A stretch of 64,000 nt of DNA from Leucoraja ocellata. Its lineage: Eukaryota. This document shows positions 1-11,089 of the stretch, piece by piece. The notes under the pieces were generated by a model. That model searched no databases, was not told the DNA's origin, and was given only the letters and a program-made list of their open reading frames with translations. The position numbers were made by a program, and so were the translations under genes. The stretch covers positions 2,418,001 to 2,482,000 of the forward strand of contig JAWMAR010000286.1 in assembly GCA_036785375.1 (NCBI GenBank), written 5' to 3'. Every line of letters begins with the position of its first letter. Within the stretch, counting starts at the first letter, position 1.

Positions 1-710
1 TTCACGGGGAGCACACAGACTAAACAACATATAACACTATAGAGTGTGGAAAATGTTAATGAAGATGTTGCAAGGACTCAAGGGACTGAGAGGATAGGAA
101 GGCTAGGACTTTATTCTTTGGAGTGCTGGTGACTGGGAGGTGAACTTATAGGTGTATAAAATATTGAGGGGCAGCGATATGGTAAATGTTAAGAGCCCTT
201 ATCCCAGGATTGGAGAATCAGGAACCAGAGGACATATATTTAGGATGTAAGGGAATAGATTTAATAGGAACTTGAGGGGCACCTTTTTCACACAGAGGAT
301 TATTCACTGGAAGTTAGAAGGATGAGAGAGGATCTCCCAGCAACATATACAATTCTTAAAGGATTGGACAGGCTAGATGCAGGAAAAAATGTTCCCGGTG
401 TTGGGAGGAGTCCAGAAAGAGGGGTCACAGTTTAAGAATAAGGGCTAGGCCATTTTGGACTGTGATGAGGAAAAACATTTTCACCCAGAGAGTTGTGAAT
501 CTGTGGAATACTCTGCCACACAAGGCAGTGAAGGCCAATTCACTGGATGTTTTCTATATATAAGTGTTACATAGTTTTTAGGGCTAACGGAATCAATGGA
601 TATGAGGAGAAAGCAGGAACGGGGTACTGATTTTGGATGAACAGCCATGATCATATTGAATGGCGGTGCTGGTTCAAAAAGTCGAATGGCCTACTCCTGC
701 ACCTATTTTC
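1..710 (+). mobile_element. Two adjacent 5'-truncated CR1 LINE 3' fragments
   Basis: Degraded CR1 ORF2 C-terminus plus 3'UTR ending gaatggcctactcctgcacctattttc. The (tatgtttc)n tail resumes at ~2775 after nested insertions. Confidence 0.8.
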
Positions 711-1378
711 ACCGGGTGCCGCTTCGATGGCAGCTTCGCCAACAGACTGTCTGTCCTTTTTGTCTTTTTTGTGTGTTGTTTTTTTGTTATTTTTAGTGTG
801 TTTAAAAAGTATGTGTTAATGTTCTCTGGTTTGTTTTAGGTGGAGGATGGGAGGGGGGTCGGGGCAAACTTTTTTGCAATCTCTAACCTTGCCAGAGATG
901 CGATTGTTTTCCGGATCGTATCTCCGGTCGCTCTGTGACCTAACATCGTGGAGCTGGAGGCCTTGCTCAGGATTGTCTTTGAGCCCACTGCAGGGGCTTG
1001 AACTAACCATCAGAGCCGATTCCTTGCCTGGGATCGACGCTCCAACTGCAGCCTGCGGACTTTAACATCAAGAAGCTCACAGTCTCGGGTTGAGACTGAC
1101 ATCGGGGAGCTGAGATTCCTCCCCTATGCAGGAGCTTGATCGCACCGACGAGGAGTCCCGCCACCGGCTACGGGAGTAAGATCATCCCGTTAACGGAAGG
1201 TTAGAGGCCCTCGACTGCTGGAGGACAAAGAGGGAGAGATTTATTTTTTTTGCCTTCCATCACAGTGAGGAATGTGGGGGAGTCACTGTGGTGGATGTTT
1301 ATGTTAAAATGTACTTTATGTGTTCTGTTGCTTTTTATTGGTATGGCAAATGAAATTCCTGGTATGTTTCAAAACATA
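711..1378 (+). mobile_element. GC-rich non-coding retroposon (SINE-like), copy A; its tail continues at 2171-2240
   Basis: T-rich leader, G-run, hairpin at 891-928 and 3' tgccttcc..cacagtg..tgtgg..gatgtt motif, all shared with copies B and C; tail aataaagtatgattatgatt. Confidence 0.55.
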
Positions 1379-2170
1379 CAATACAATACAATACAATACA
1401 ATACAATACAATACGGGTTTATTCATCACATTGCACATAAAGTGCAAGTGAAATGAATATGTCAGCAGCGATACAATGCGAAAGAACACACAATACATAA
1501 TAAAATTGAAAATTTAACACAAACATCCCCCACAGCATTCATCACTGTGGTGGAAGGCACAAAAAATGGCCAGTCCTACTCCATTTCCCCCCGTGGTCGG
1601 GACCAGAGTCCAGAGTCATTCCATAGTTGGCTCTTCCCCACCGGAGACCACGGCTTCAGGATGGTGTTGGCCGCAGGCCGGCGGTCGAAGATTTAAAGTC
1701 CCCGCCGCAGCCAGAAGCACCGCAGACAGCAGGGCCGGTAGTCGAAGCTCCCCTCCAGGGGTGATGGTAAGTCCATGCCGAGTACGCGGTAGAGGTTGGC
1801 CGCGGGCCGGCAGTGGAAGCTCCTTCTTCCCCCGGGTCCCCCCCCGACGGATCCCGGGCTGCGGACGCCGCGCCAGCTGGAACTCTGCAGACCGCGACTT
1901 CAGGCTGCCGGCTGCCGCGGGCCAGCGAAATGGAGCGCTCCCCTCCGGCGGGCCCCAGCGAGGGCTCACCCTCTCCACGCCGAGAGACCACGAAGCCCCA
2001 GGCACGCCTCCGGGAAAGGCCGCGCCGATCCTTGCTGTTAGGCCACGGGAGAGGCGACCTGGAAAAAGTCACCTCTCCGTGGAGGAGGCGACCAAAATGG
2101 TTTCCCCCTTACCCTCCCACACCACCCCGCACACAAGACACACAAAGGAACACAAAAACGTACTTTAAAA
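1379..2170 (-). mobile_element. GC-rich non-coding retroposon, copy B, inserted antisense into copy A
   Basis: (CAATA)n tail at 1379-1413; aaaacata duplicated on both flanks; same architecture as copies A and C. Confidence 0.6.
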
Positions 2171-2240
2171 CATAAAGTATGTTTGGCTAATAAAGTATGA
2201 TTATAATATACTTGGCTAATAAAGTATGATTATGATTATT

Positions 2241-2760
2241 CAGATTCAGATTCAATTTTAATTTTAATTGTCATTGTCAGTGTACAGTACAGAGACAACG
2301 AAATGCATTTAGCATCTCCCTTGAAGAGCGACATAGCAAACGATTGGACAGACTCAATGGAAGGGAGCGTGGAACCGGTGATGCGTTGGGCAGTTGCCAT
2401 ACCATACTGTGATGCAGTTGGTAAGGATGCTCTCGATGGTGCAGCGGTAGAAGTTCACCAGGATCTGAGGAGACAGATGGACCTTCTTCAGTCTCCTCAG
2501 GAAGAAGAGACGCTGATGAGCCTTCTTGATCAGAGTAGAGGTATTGTGGGTCCAAGAGAGGTCATCGGAGATGTTGACTTCCAGGAACCTGAAGCTAGAA
2601 ACACGTTCCACCTCCGTCCCGTTAATGTGGATGGGGGTGTGAGTGCCGCCTCTGGACTTCCTGAAGTCTACAATGAGCTCCTTGGTCTTCTTGGAGTTAA
2701 GGGCCAGGTTGTTGTCAGCGCACCATGCTGCTAAGTGCTGGACCTCCTCCCTGTAGGCCA
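2241..2760 (-). mobile_element. Rex1/Babar (L2-group) LINE RT 3' fragment
   Basis: ORF 2354-2611 ERVSSFRFLEVNISDDLSW..KKAHQRLFFLRRLKK..FYRCTIESILTNCITVWYGNC; (TCTGAA)n tail also seen at ~3640-3695 and 18515-18592. Confidence 0.8.
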
Positions 2761-3845
2761 GCTTATGATTATGCTTTTCTATGTTTCTATGTTTCTAGGA
2801 TGGTGGGTATATGGAAGGAACAGCCAGTGGAAGTGGTTGAGGCAAGAACAATAACAATATTTAAAAGACTTTTGGATAGGTAAATGGATTGGAATGGTTT
2901 AGAGGAATATGGATCAAACGCAGGTAAATGGAGCTGGTCTATGTGGGCGTCTTGATCGGTGTGGAGGAGTTGGGCTAAGGACCCGTTTTCAATGCCATGT
3001 GGCTCTTTGACTGCATGAGTAATTGAGAGTAATTATAAGGAAAACATTAAACACAATGATGAGAACAAAACAGCAGAATAGTGCAAGATTGATGTGCGAT
3101 CCGAGGCAGTGCTAGTAATGCTTTATTTAGGAAATTCTGAAAACTATAAGATGAGTAGTTTATAACATGTTTAGCTCAAGAGTTTATGTATTGTGAAAGC
3201 ACGATGGGAAAAGATGCTATCATAGTGAAGGGAACCTAAGGATGCTAGGAGAGGCAATAAATACATATATCAGGTGTAAATTCCACATGTAACGGGAATA
3301 GAGGTGTCCTTTATTGTACCCATTTGTTACGAAAATAGAGGAATTATATCCCAAGGCAGGAAACTGGAGGTTGAATTGGCATAGGATATGCACGCATTTG
3401 TTAGGTGAATGGGAGGAATTGTTTCCTAGTGACAGGACGGCACGGTGGTACAGCGGCAGAGTTGCTGCCTTACAGCGATAGAACCCTGGGTCCTAATACT
3501 TTGGGTGTCTCAGAGTGTTTCACAGTGTGCACTGCCAGGCCTTGAAGAAACCGACATTTGAGAAACTCACCACTATTCTATGCAATGTTCTTTGTGTCTG
3601 TTCTTATTTGAACTGTAATTGGACAACTGGGCCCCAAGTTGCATTTCGTTGTCTCTGTACTGTACACTGACAATGACAATTAAATTGAATCTGAATGTGA
3701 AGTGAAAGCCAGATTCACAATACAGGTTAAACACAAAATTCCCTCCAACAATGCTAAAGTGCAATAATAGAATAACTGAGTGAGACAGAGTGAAGTATGT
3801 GGCAGCACCTCTGGGAACTGAGCCTTGAAAAAAGCAAGTTTGTTA

Positions 3846-4515
3846 AAGGTGGTAAAGAAAGCTTTTGGTATGCTAGCCTTTATAAATCAGAGCATTGAGT
3901 ATAGAAGCTGGGATGTAATGTTAAAATTGTACAAGGCATTGGTGAGACCAAATCTGGAGTATGGTGTACAATTTTGGTCGCCCAATTATAGGAAGGATGT
4001 CAACAAAATAGAGAGAGTACAGAGGGGATTTACTAGAATGTTGCCTGGGTTTCAACAACTAAGTTACAGAGATAGGTTGAATAAGTTAGGTCTTTATTCT
4101 CTGGAGCGCAGAAGGTTAAGGGGGGACTTGATAGCGGTCTTTAAAATGATGAGAGGGATAGACAGAGTTGATGTGGACAAGCTTTTCCCTTTGAGAATAG
4201 GGAAGATTCAAACAAGAGGACATGACTTCAGAATTAAGGGACAGAAGTTTAGGGGTAACATGAGGGGGAACTTCTTTACTCAGAGAGTGGTAGCGGTGTG
4301 GAATGAGCTTCCAGTGGAAGTGGTGGAGGCAGGTTCGTTGGTATCATTTAAAAATAAATTGGATAGGCATATGGATGAGAAGGGAATGGAGGGTTATGGT
4401 ATGAGTGCAGGCAGGTGGGACTAAGGGAAAAAAAGTTGTGTCGGCACGGACTTGTAGGGCCGAGATGGCCTGTTTCCGTGCTGTAATTGTTATATGGTTA
4501 TATGGTTATATGGTT
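3846..4515 (+). mobile_element. CR1 LINE 3' fragment with open ORF2 C-terminus (ORF 3825-4424)
   Basis: LYKALVRPNLEYGVQFWSP..LERRRLRGDLI..FFTQRVVAVWNELP; (tatatggt)n tail. Confidence 0.9.
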
Positions 4516-4716
4516 AAAGACTCTGATAGCATTGGGGAAAAATCTGTTCTTATATTTGGACATTCAGGCTTTAAAGCTTCTGTATCTTCTACCAAAAGGT
4601 ACAAGAGAGGAAAGGGCATGGCCAGGGTTAAAGGCATCCTAGATGATGCTTCTAGCATTCCTAATGCAATCGACTGGATGGAAGGATGTGACAAGCTTTT
4701 GATGGACTGGGCTGTG

Positions 4717-4923
4717 TGTAGATCAGTGCATGTTCCTTTAACCATAGTGACCTCCCGTATTACTAACCACTCCCCATTGTCTCCAGTATAATTGTAGTGT
4801 CCCCACCTCTAGCTCGCTCTCTAGCTCCAGTGATGACCACGGACAGCTACAGCATAGTGATAAACAGTTACCTAAATAAATAGTTACAGTAAAAGACTTG
4901 TGTGTGCAGTAAGTCATTTTACA
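4717..4923 (+). repeat. Gypsy 5' LTR (207 bp)
   Basis: Identical by eye to 9270-9476; contains AATAAA. Confidence 0.95.
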
Positions 4924-5013
4924 TGGTGTCACAGCGGTAGACTTGCGTCTCCTGTTCATCGGTTTTTATTTTATTATTTCTTTCTCCCAGTCCTTCCCTC
5001 CGTTCCTTTTATC

Positions 5014-6132
5014 ATGTCCCACCACTGTCGTCGACCAGACACGTTGGTGTTCGACACGGACATTGTCCATCGCTGGACCGTGTTCCAGCGCGATTACGAG
5101 CATTACATTGCTATCGCCCATCCTGATGCCACTCCTGCTGTACAGGCTCACCTATTGCTTAACCTCGCGGGACCTGCAGCTATGGATCAGTATGCATCGT
5201 TCCATTTCGCCACCGGAGAGGACCGCAACGACCCGGTATGTCTCCTTAATAAGTTCGCTGCCCTCTGTGATATACCCACCAACAACATCATCGAACGCTT
5301 CAAATTCTTCCAGAGGCAGCAGCTGCCAGGCGAGCCTGTCGGCACTTACATTGCCGCCTTGCATCACCTGGCTCAGCGCTGCCGCCTTGACACAATCACC
5401 CCTGACGAATTAATTAGGGACGTCCTGGTCAATGGTCTCCGCAACGATAGACTGCGTGAGCAGCTCTTAGTGAAACCCGATCTGACACTGCGGGATGCTA
5501 TGTATTCTGCACGCATGTCCGAAGCCGTTGGTTCCGTGTCCAGACAGGCTCCCCAGGACATTAACTTCACCGGTCAAGCCGGTCGCCTGACTACACGACG
5601 AAACCCCGCGGCTCTCCCCATGAAGGCCGCCACCTCCACTGTCCCGCGACGCTGCCCTAACTGTTTTTTTTATGGCTCATCCCTCAAACATTTGCCCAGC
5701 ACAGGGCAAGACTTGTCTTTCCTGTGGCAAACTCGGCCACTTTTCTGCCGCCTGCCGTTCCCGTGGGAAGCCAGTCCCTGCTCCAAGAAGGAGTCTAAAC
5801 AACCTTGCCGAACTAAACAACATTGCACTCCCTGATAGCGCTCTGCTTCCTCAGTACGAGCTGGAGGAGCTCCAAGACTCTGATGCACTCCCCTCTCGTG
5901 AAGATCCAATTATTTTTTCACTCTTGGGTACACCTGCTCTGATTACGGATCCCTCTGTGCATGTTACTGTGAACGGCCATTCCTTTTCAGCCAAGGTCGA
6001 TACTGGCGCTTTCGCCAATGTTATGTCAATAAGCCTTTTCAAGCAGATCAGATCTGGTGAGAAAGTTCTTCCTGGTGACACCTGCCTCCATGCCTACGGG
6101 GGGGGGGGGGGGGGGGGGGCGTCCTGGTTCCC
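5014..6132 (+). CDS. gag: Gypsy gag plus aspartic protease, frameshifted at T8 (5664-5671) and G22 (6098-6119)
   Basis: MSHHCRRPDTL..ERFKFFQRQQLPGEPV..LIRDVLVNGL; zinc knuckles CPNC..H..C and CLSCGKLGHFSAAC; protease VDTGA. Confidence 0.85.
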
Positions 6133-9100
6133 GTGGGTAAGGCAACTCTTATCTGCACAGTTCTAGAGACCTCTCGGCCCCTCACTTTCCACCTTCTGGA
6201 CTCTGACAACGTCACCCTGCTGGGCGCCCGTGCGTGTCAGGACTTGGGGCTAGTCTCATTCCACCACAGCATTCACCTAGTGCAGGCTCCCATGGACCCA
6301 CTTACCGAATACCCCGACCGCTTTGATGACGTTCTGGGCAAGCTGCCCTGCGACTATAAAATTGTTGTCGACCCGAGCGTCGACCCGGTGATTCGGCCGG
6401 CACACCGCGTCTCCTTTGCCATGAAGGGCCGCGTGGAGTCTACTCTGCGCGATATGGTGACCATGGGCATCCTCAAGGAGGTGAGCGCTCCCACCAGGTG
6501 TGTCTCCACCATGGTCGTCGCAGCCAAGAAGGACAAAAGCGAGATCCGGATCTGCATTAACCCCAAGGACCTCAACCTTGCCATCAAGCGCCCCCACTAC
6601 CCCATGCGGACGGTAGAGGACGTTGCTGCACAGGTCGGCCCTGCTACTGTCTTTTCAGTCCTAGACGCCAAGAGCTCCTTCTGGCAAATCCCTCTGGACG
6701 AACGCTCCTCATTCCTCACCACTTTCAGCACTCCCTTCGGCCGGTTCCGTTTCCTCCGCATGCCGTTTGGAATCAACTCTGCCAGCGAGGTTTTCCAGCG
6801 CACCATGGAGCAACTGTTTGCCGGCTTACCGTGCGCCATCATCGTGGATGACATTCTGGTGTACGGGAGGGACGTCGCTGAGCACGACCTGAACCTCCGC
6901 AAAGTCCTGGACAGGGCGCGGGTGATAAACCTCAAGCTGAACCCGAAGAAATGCCGATTCCGGGTCCCAGAAGTCACTTACGTTGGCCATGTCTTCACGG
7001 CAGGGGGTCTCAAGCCCGACCCCCAGAAAACGTCAGCGGTCACTGACATGCCCGCTCCTACCGACGTCCCTGGCCTGCAGCGCTTCCTGGGCATGGTCAA
7101 TTACCTGGGTAAGTTCATACCCGACCTCAGTGAACTGAGTGCCCCCCTACGGGAACTAATCAAAAAGGACTCCGCGTGGGTCTGGCTCCCGCACCACCAG
7201 TCGGCTTTCGTGACTCTGAAGTTGAAGCTTGCCGCTACCCCGACTTTGAAATTTTTCGACCTGCACCGACCCATTATCCTCACTTGCGATGCCTCCAAGT
7301 TTGGTCTCGGTGCCGCTTGTCTGCAGCTTTATGACAACCTTCAGCTGCCTGTCTCCTACGCTTCTCGCACCATGACCCCTGCCGAGCAGCGCTATGCCCA
7401 GATTGAAAAAGAGCTGCTTGCCGTGGTCTTCGCTTGCTCCAAGTTTAAAGACTACATCCTCGGCAACTCTTTCACCATCGAGACTGACCACCAGCCGTTG
7501 GTGACAATCCTGAATAAACCTATCCATGTTGCTTCTTCCCGGTTGCAGCGCATGATGCTGCAGCTCCAACGTTTCACGTTCCAGATCGTCTACCGTAAGG
7601 GCAAAGACATGTTTGTAGCTGACACTCTTTCTCGTGCTCCGCTGCCTTCCGTTGTCCGCCACCCATACGAAACCTCCGACCTTCTGGTACTAAACGTCAA
7701 CATTGTTCCTTCACAGCAAATGCAGTCCCTGGTCCAGCACACTGCTGATGATCCTGCCCTGCAACAACTTGCGGACGTTATCCGCCGTGGTTGGCCTGAC
7801 CGTCGCTCCGAACTGCCTGCTGGCGCTGCACCATATCTCCTCGTTCGCGACGAACTGGTGCTTCACGCCGGCGTGGTGGTAACGGGTCACAAAGTCGTGG
7901 TGCCTGCCGCACTCCGGGATCATTATTTCCAGACTGCTCACAGCGGCCACCCTGGGGTGGAAGCTACTCTATCCCATGCCCAAAGCCAATTCTACTGGCC
8001 TGGCATGGCTCAGGACATCCGTGACAGGGTCTCCGCCTGCGCTGCCTGCAACACCCTGCACCCCCATCAGCAGCGCCAGCCTCTCCTGCAGCCGCCGGCT
8101 CCAGAGCTCCCATGGATGGCCGTTGCCACCGACCTCTTTGAGTGGCGCGGAAAGCACTTCCTGGTCCTCGTGGATTCCTATTCCAGCTGGTTCGAGGTCG
8201 ACCAGCTGACCTCCATCACCTCTGCCGCCGTCATCGGGAAACTTCGCCGCCACTTCTCCACCTTCGGCTCCCCGGTGACCCTCCGGTCCGACAATGGCAG
8301 CCAATTCTCCAGCGACGAGTTCAAGACCTTTGCTGCCCGTTGGAACTTTCACCACATCACCAGCAGCCCCGAGTTTCCTCAAAGCAACGGACTTGCTGAG
8401 CGGGCCGTACGTAGCGCCAAGGAGCTGCTGGAACACTGCCGCCTGTTCCGTGCCGATTTCCACCTTGCCCTGCTCAACCTCCGCAACATTTCCCGCGACC
8501 CTGCGCTCGGTTCCCCTGCCCAGCGCCTTATGTCTCGCACCACCAGACCTCCCCTGCCGGTCTCCCAGCAGTCCCTCAAGCCCTCAGTACAAAATCCTGC
8601 CACTGTCACTGAGCGCATTGCCAAAAAACAGGACACCCAGAAGCGCTCCTTCGACAAATCTGCCTGGCTACTCCCACGTCTGCTCCCGGGACAGGTTGTC
8701 CGGATGCAATCCCCCACTGGCCACTACCGCCTGGCCGTCGTAATCGGCGACGCCGGTTCTCCGCGCTCCTACTTCGTCGACTACGAGGGGGCTATCTACC
8801 GTCGCTCCCGCCAGCACTTACTCCTTGTGAATGAGCCCGCTCCGCCTCCCGCGGATCCTTCTCACCCCCCCATTTCTTCTCGACCTCCCGCTGCCCCTCA
8901 CGCCCCATCTACACCTCGCATGCCACGCACCCTACCCTCACAACTGTCCGCCCGTTCCCCTGCCTCGCCTGTCAAGCCAGCATCGCCCGCAAAACCTCCC
9001 TCCCCTGCCAAGCCTGTTTCTCCACCCGCAGCCCCGCATTCTCCTCCGCCCGCCTCCCCTGCCCATCCCCCGGCTGCCGTCCCTTCTGTTCCCGACGATG

Positions 9101-9174
9101 AGGAGGAGGGCGGCTTACGCACCCGCTCTGGCCGGCTGGTCAGGCCGCCTGTCCGCTACGGGGAACTCGCATAG
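6133..9174 (+). CDS. pol: Gypsy pol: RT, RNase H, integrase
   Basis: RT RMPFG and IIVDD; RH CDAS..YAQIEKE..TDHQPL; IN HSGH..CAAC, VDSYS, SDNG, AERAVR; Pro-rich tail ending TRSGRLVRPPVRY. Confidence 0.95.
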   Translation: MGKATLICTVLETSRPLTFHLLDSDNVTLLGARACQDLGLVSFHHSIHLVQAPMDPLTEYPDRFDDVLGKLPCDYKIVVDPSVDPVIRPAHRVSFAMKGRVESTLRDMVTMGILKEVSAPTRCVSTMVVAAKKDKSEIRICINPKDLNLAIKRPHYPMRTVEDVAAQVGPATVFSVLDAKSSFWQIPLDERSSFLTTFSTPFGRFRFLRMPFGINSASEVFQRTMEQLFAGLPCAIIVDDILVYGRDVAEHDLNLRKVLDRARVINLKLNPKKCRFRVPEVTYVGHVFTAGGLKPDPQKTSAVTDMPAPTDVPGLQRFLGMVNYLGKFIPDLSELSAPLRELIKKDSAWVWLPHHQSAFVTLKLKLAATPTLKFFDLHRPIILTCDASKFGLGAACLQLYDNLQLPVSYASRTMTPAEQRYAQIEKELLAVVFACSKFKDYILGNSFTIETDHQPLVTILNKPIHVASSRLQRMMLQLQRFTFQIVYRKGKDMFVADTLSRAPLPSVVRHPYETSDLLVLNVNIVPSQQMQSLVQHTADDPALQQLADVIRRGWPDRRSELPAGAAPYLLVRDELVLHAGVVVTGHKVVVPAALRDHYFQTAHSGHPGVEATLSHAQSQFYWPGMAQDIRDRVSACAACNTLHPHQQRQPLLQPPAPELPWMAVATDLFEWRGKHFLVLVDSYSSWFEVDQLTSITSAAVIGKLRRHFSTFGSPVTLRSDNGSQFSSDEFKTFAARWNFHHITSSPEFPQSNGLAERAVRSAKELLEHCRLFRADFHLALLNLRNISRDPALGSPAQRLMSRTTRPPLPVSQQSLKPSVQNPATVTERIAKKQDTQKRSFDKSAWLLPRLLPGQVVRMQSPTGHYRLAVVIGDAGSPRSYFVDYEGAIYRRSRQHLLLVNEPAPPPADPSHPPISSRPPAAPHAPSTPRMPRTLPSQLSARSPASPVKPASPAKPPSPAKPVSPPAAPHSPPPASPAHPPAAVPSVPDDEEEGGLRTRSGRLVRPPVRYGELA

Positions 9175-9269
9175 TATTGTACTGTTGCCGGTGCGGTTGG
9201 TGTTCGTAGCGTATGAGCCGTGGTCATTCTGTATAGTACCTGCCACGCTTTTGTTTCCAAGAGGAAGGA

Positions 9270-9476
9270 TGTAGATCAGTGCATGTTCCTTTAACCATAG
9301 TGACCTCCCGTATTACTAACCACTCCCCATTGTCTCCAGTATAATTGTAGTGTCCCCACCTCTAGCTCGCTCTCTAGCTCCAGTGATGACCACGGACAGC
9401 TACAGCATAGTGATAAACAGTTACCTAAATAAATAGTTACAGTAAAAGACTTGTGTGTGCAGTAAGTCATTTTACA
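9270..9476 (+). repeat. Gypsy 3' LTR (207 bp)
   Basis: Direct repeat of 4717-4923, preceded by the PPT. Confidence 0.95.
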
Positions 9477-10489
9477 CTGTGTTCACCACTCTGCAGGGGC
9501 AAAATGTCAACTGCAGACCAGTTACCATACTAATCTAAGATGGATCCCATCAGAATACTTTCTATACCACAATTGTGGAAGTTCGAGAGAATCCTCATGG
9601 ACACACTGGACCCAGTGGTTTGCGCAGGATTTGGACACAAAACATCAACGATCCCTTTCCCCAACAGATGTTACTTCACCCACTGAGTTTCTCTAACAGA
9701 TTATTTGGTACACAAGTGAACAGATCCTCCAAACGACTCCTTTTCAATTGAACTGAATCAGCTGAATCATCTCCAGAATCATTCAAATGGTTTTGTTATA
9801 GTCTGGCCTGACAACTATTTCTGCTAAGTTCACACTGATGATATGAAGAGTTAAGGCAAGAGCCAGGAGTGTTTAATTGTCATCTACACTGGCAATGGAA
9901 CAATTACATTGCCTTATTACAATTACATAGGACAGTTTCTTCCCAGCTGTTATCAGGCAACTGAATGGTCCTACCACAACCACAGAGCAGTGCTGAACTA
10001 CTATCTACCTCTTTGGTGACCCTCCAACAATCCTTGATTGGACTTTGCTGTCTTTACCTTGCATTAAATGTTATTCCCTTAACATGTATGTATACACTGT
10101 AAATTGCTCGATTGTAATCATGTATTGTCTTTCTGCTGACTATGGTGTTGAGCTTCTTCCTCAGTGTATACATTGAATCATCTTTCTGTTTCCCCAATCA
10201 CATAACATTTTATGGCATAAATAATGTCTTAATAATCCTAAGCCTTGAATGTCAAAATCAGTGTTGGAAACGGGTTTTAGGAACTAGGGGTACTCTAAGG
10301 TCCGTGAGGCTGAGGTTGGGAAGGAAGGGCGGGGGGGGGATTTTTTTGTGTGCGGTCATACCCATGTAAGAGTACAAGAATGCATAACTTGTTTATTGTG
10401 TATTTATAATATAGTTTATTGTGTATCATATGTCAAAGCTGCTTTCTTGCATCTCTCTCTCAAATGGACGAAAGCAATGATCATAGAGC

Positions 10490-11070
10490 GGAATAGATGA
10501 CATTTCGGGTCAATACACTTCTTCAGACTGACAGTCAAGGGAAAGGGAAATGTGAGATATGGGCATATCTTCCATTTATTTGTCCTTAGTACCATCTATA
10601 TCTCTTGTTCCTCTTTCCCCTGATTCAGTCTGAATAAGGGTCTCGATCCGAAATGTCATCTGTGATCATTGCTTTCATCAGTCTGTCCGCTCGTTTGCTC
10701 ACCCTTGGATTAAGTAGTGAATTCACGCCATTCCCCTCGCATTCCCAATCTGACTTTTCTGTCCTGGGCTTTCTCCATTGTCAGAGTGAGGCCCAGCGCA
10801 AATTGGAGGAACAGCAACTTGTATTTCGCTTGGGTAGCTTACACCCCAGCGGTATGAACATTAACTTCTCTAACTTCAAATAGCCCTTGTTTTCTCTCTC
10901 CATCCCCTCTCCTTCCCAGTTCTCCCCCCAGTCTTACTGTCTCTGACTGCATTCTCTCTCTTTCCCACTCATCCCTGACATCAGTATGAAAAAGGGTCTC
11001 GACCCGAAACGTCACCCATTCCTTCTCTCCAGAGATGCTGCCTGTTCCGTTGAGTTATTCTAGCATTTTT
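10490..11070 (+). mobile_element. Penelope-like element 3' fragments (GIY-YIG C-terminus, pseudo-LTR pieces in both orientations)
   Basis: LHCQSEAQRKLEEQQLVFRLGSLHPSGMNINF; ctga..ga..gggtctcgacccgaaacgtc motifs. Confidence 0.75.
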
Positions 11071-11089
11071 CATAGACACATAGAAAATG

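Larger units (their letters stand above)
4717..9476 (+). mobile_element. Full-length Gypsy/Ty3 LTR retrotransposon (Mag/K02A2.6-like)
   Basis: TG..CA LTRs at 4717-4923 and 9270-9476; 5-bp TSD CTGTG (4712-4716 and 9477-9481); PBS tggtgtca at 4924; PPT aagaggaagga at 9259-9269; domain order gag-PR-RT-RH-IN. Confidence 0.97.

Noticed and set aside
711-760. HDV-like ribozyme at the 5' end of the GC-rich retroposon
   Set aside because: I could not build the nested double pseudoknot by eye; only a short tggc/gcca hairpin is supported.
1566-2175. Overlapping 120-200 aa ORFs on both strands (also at 51203-51813 and 55920-56495)
   Set aside because: GC-rich repeat sequence is poor in stop codons, and no recognisable domains are present.
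6277-9274. Antisense and alternative-frame ORFs within Gypsy pol
   Set aside because: Shadow ORFs of a GC-rich coding sequence.
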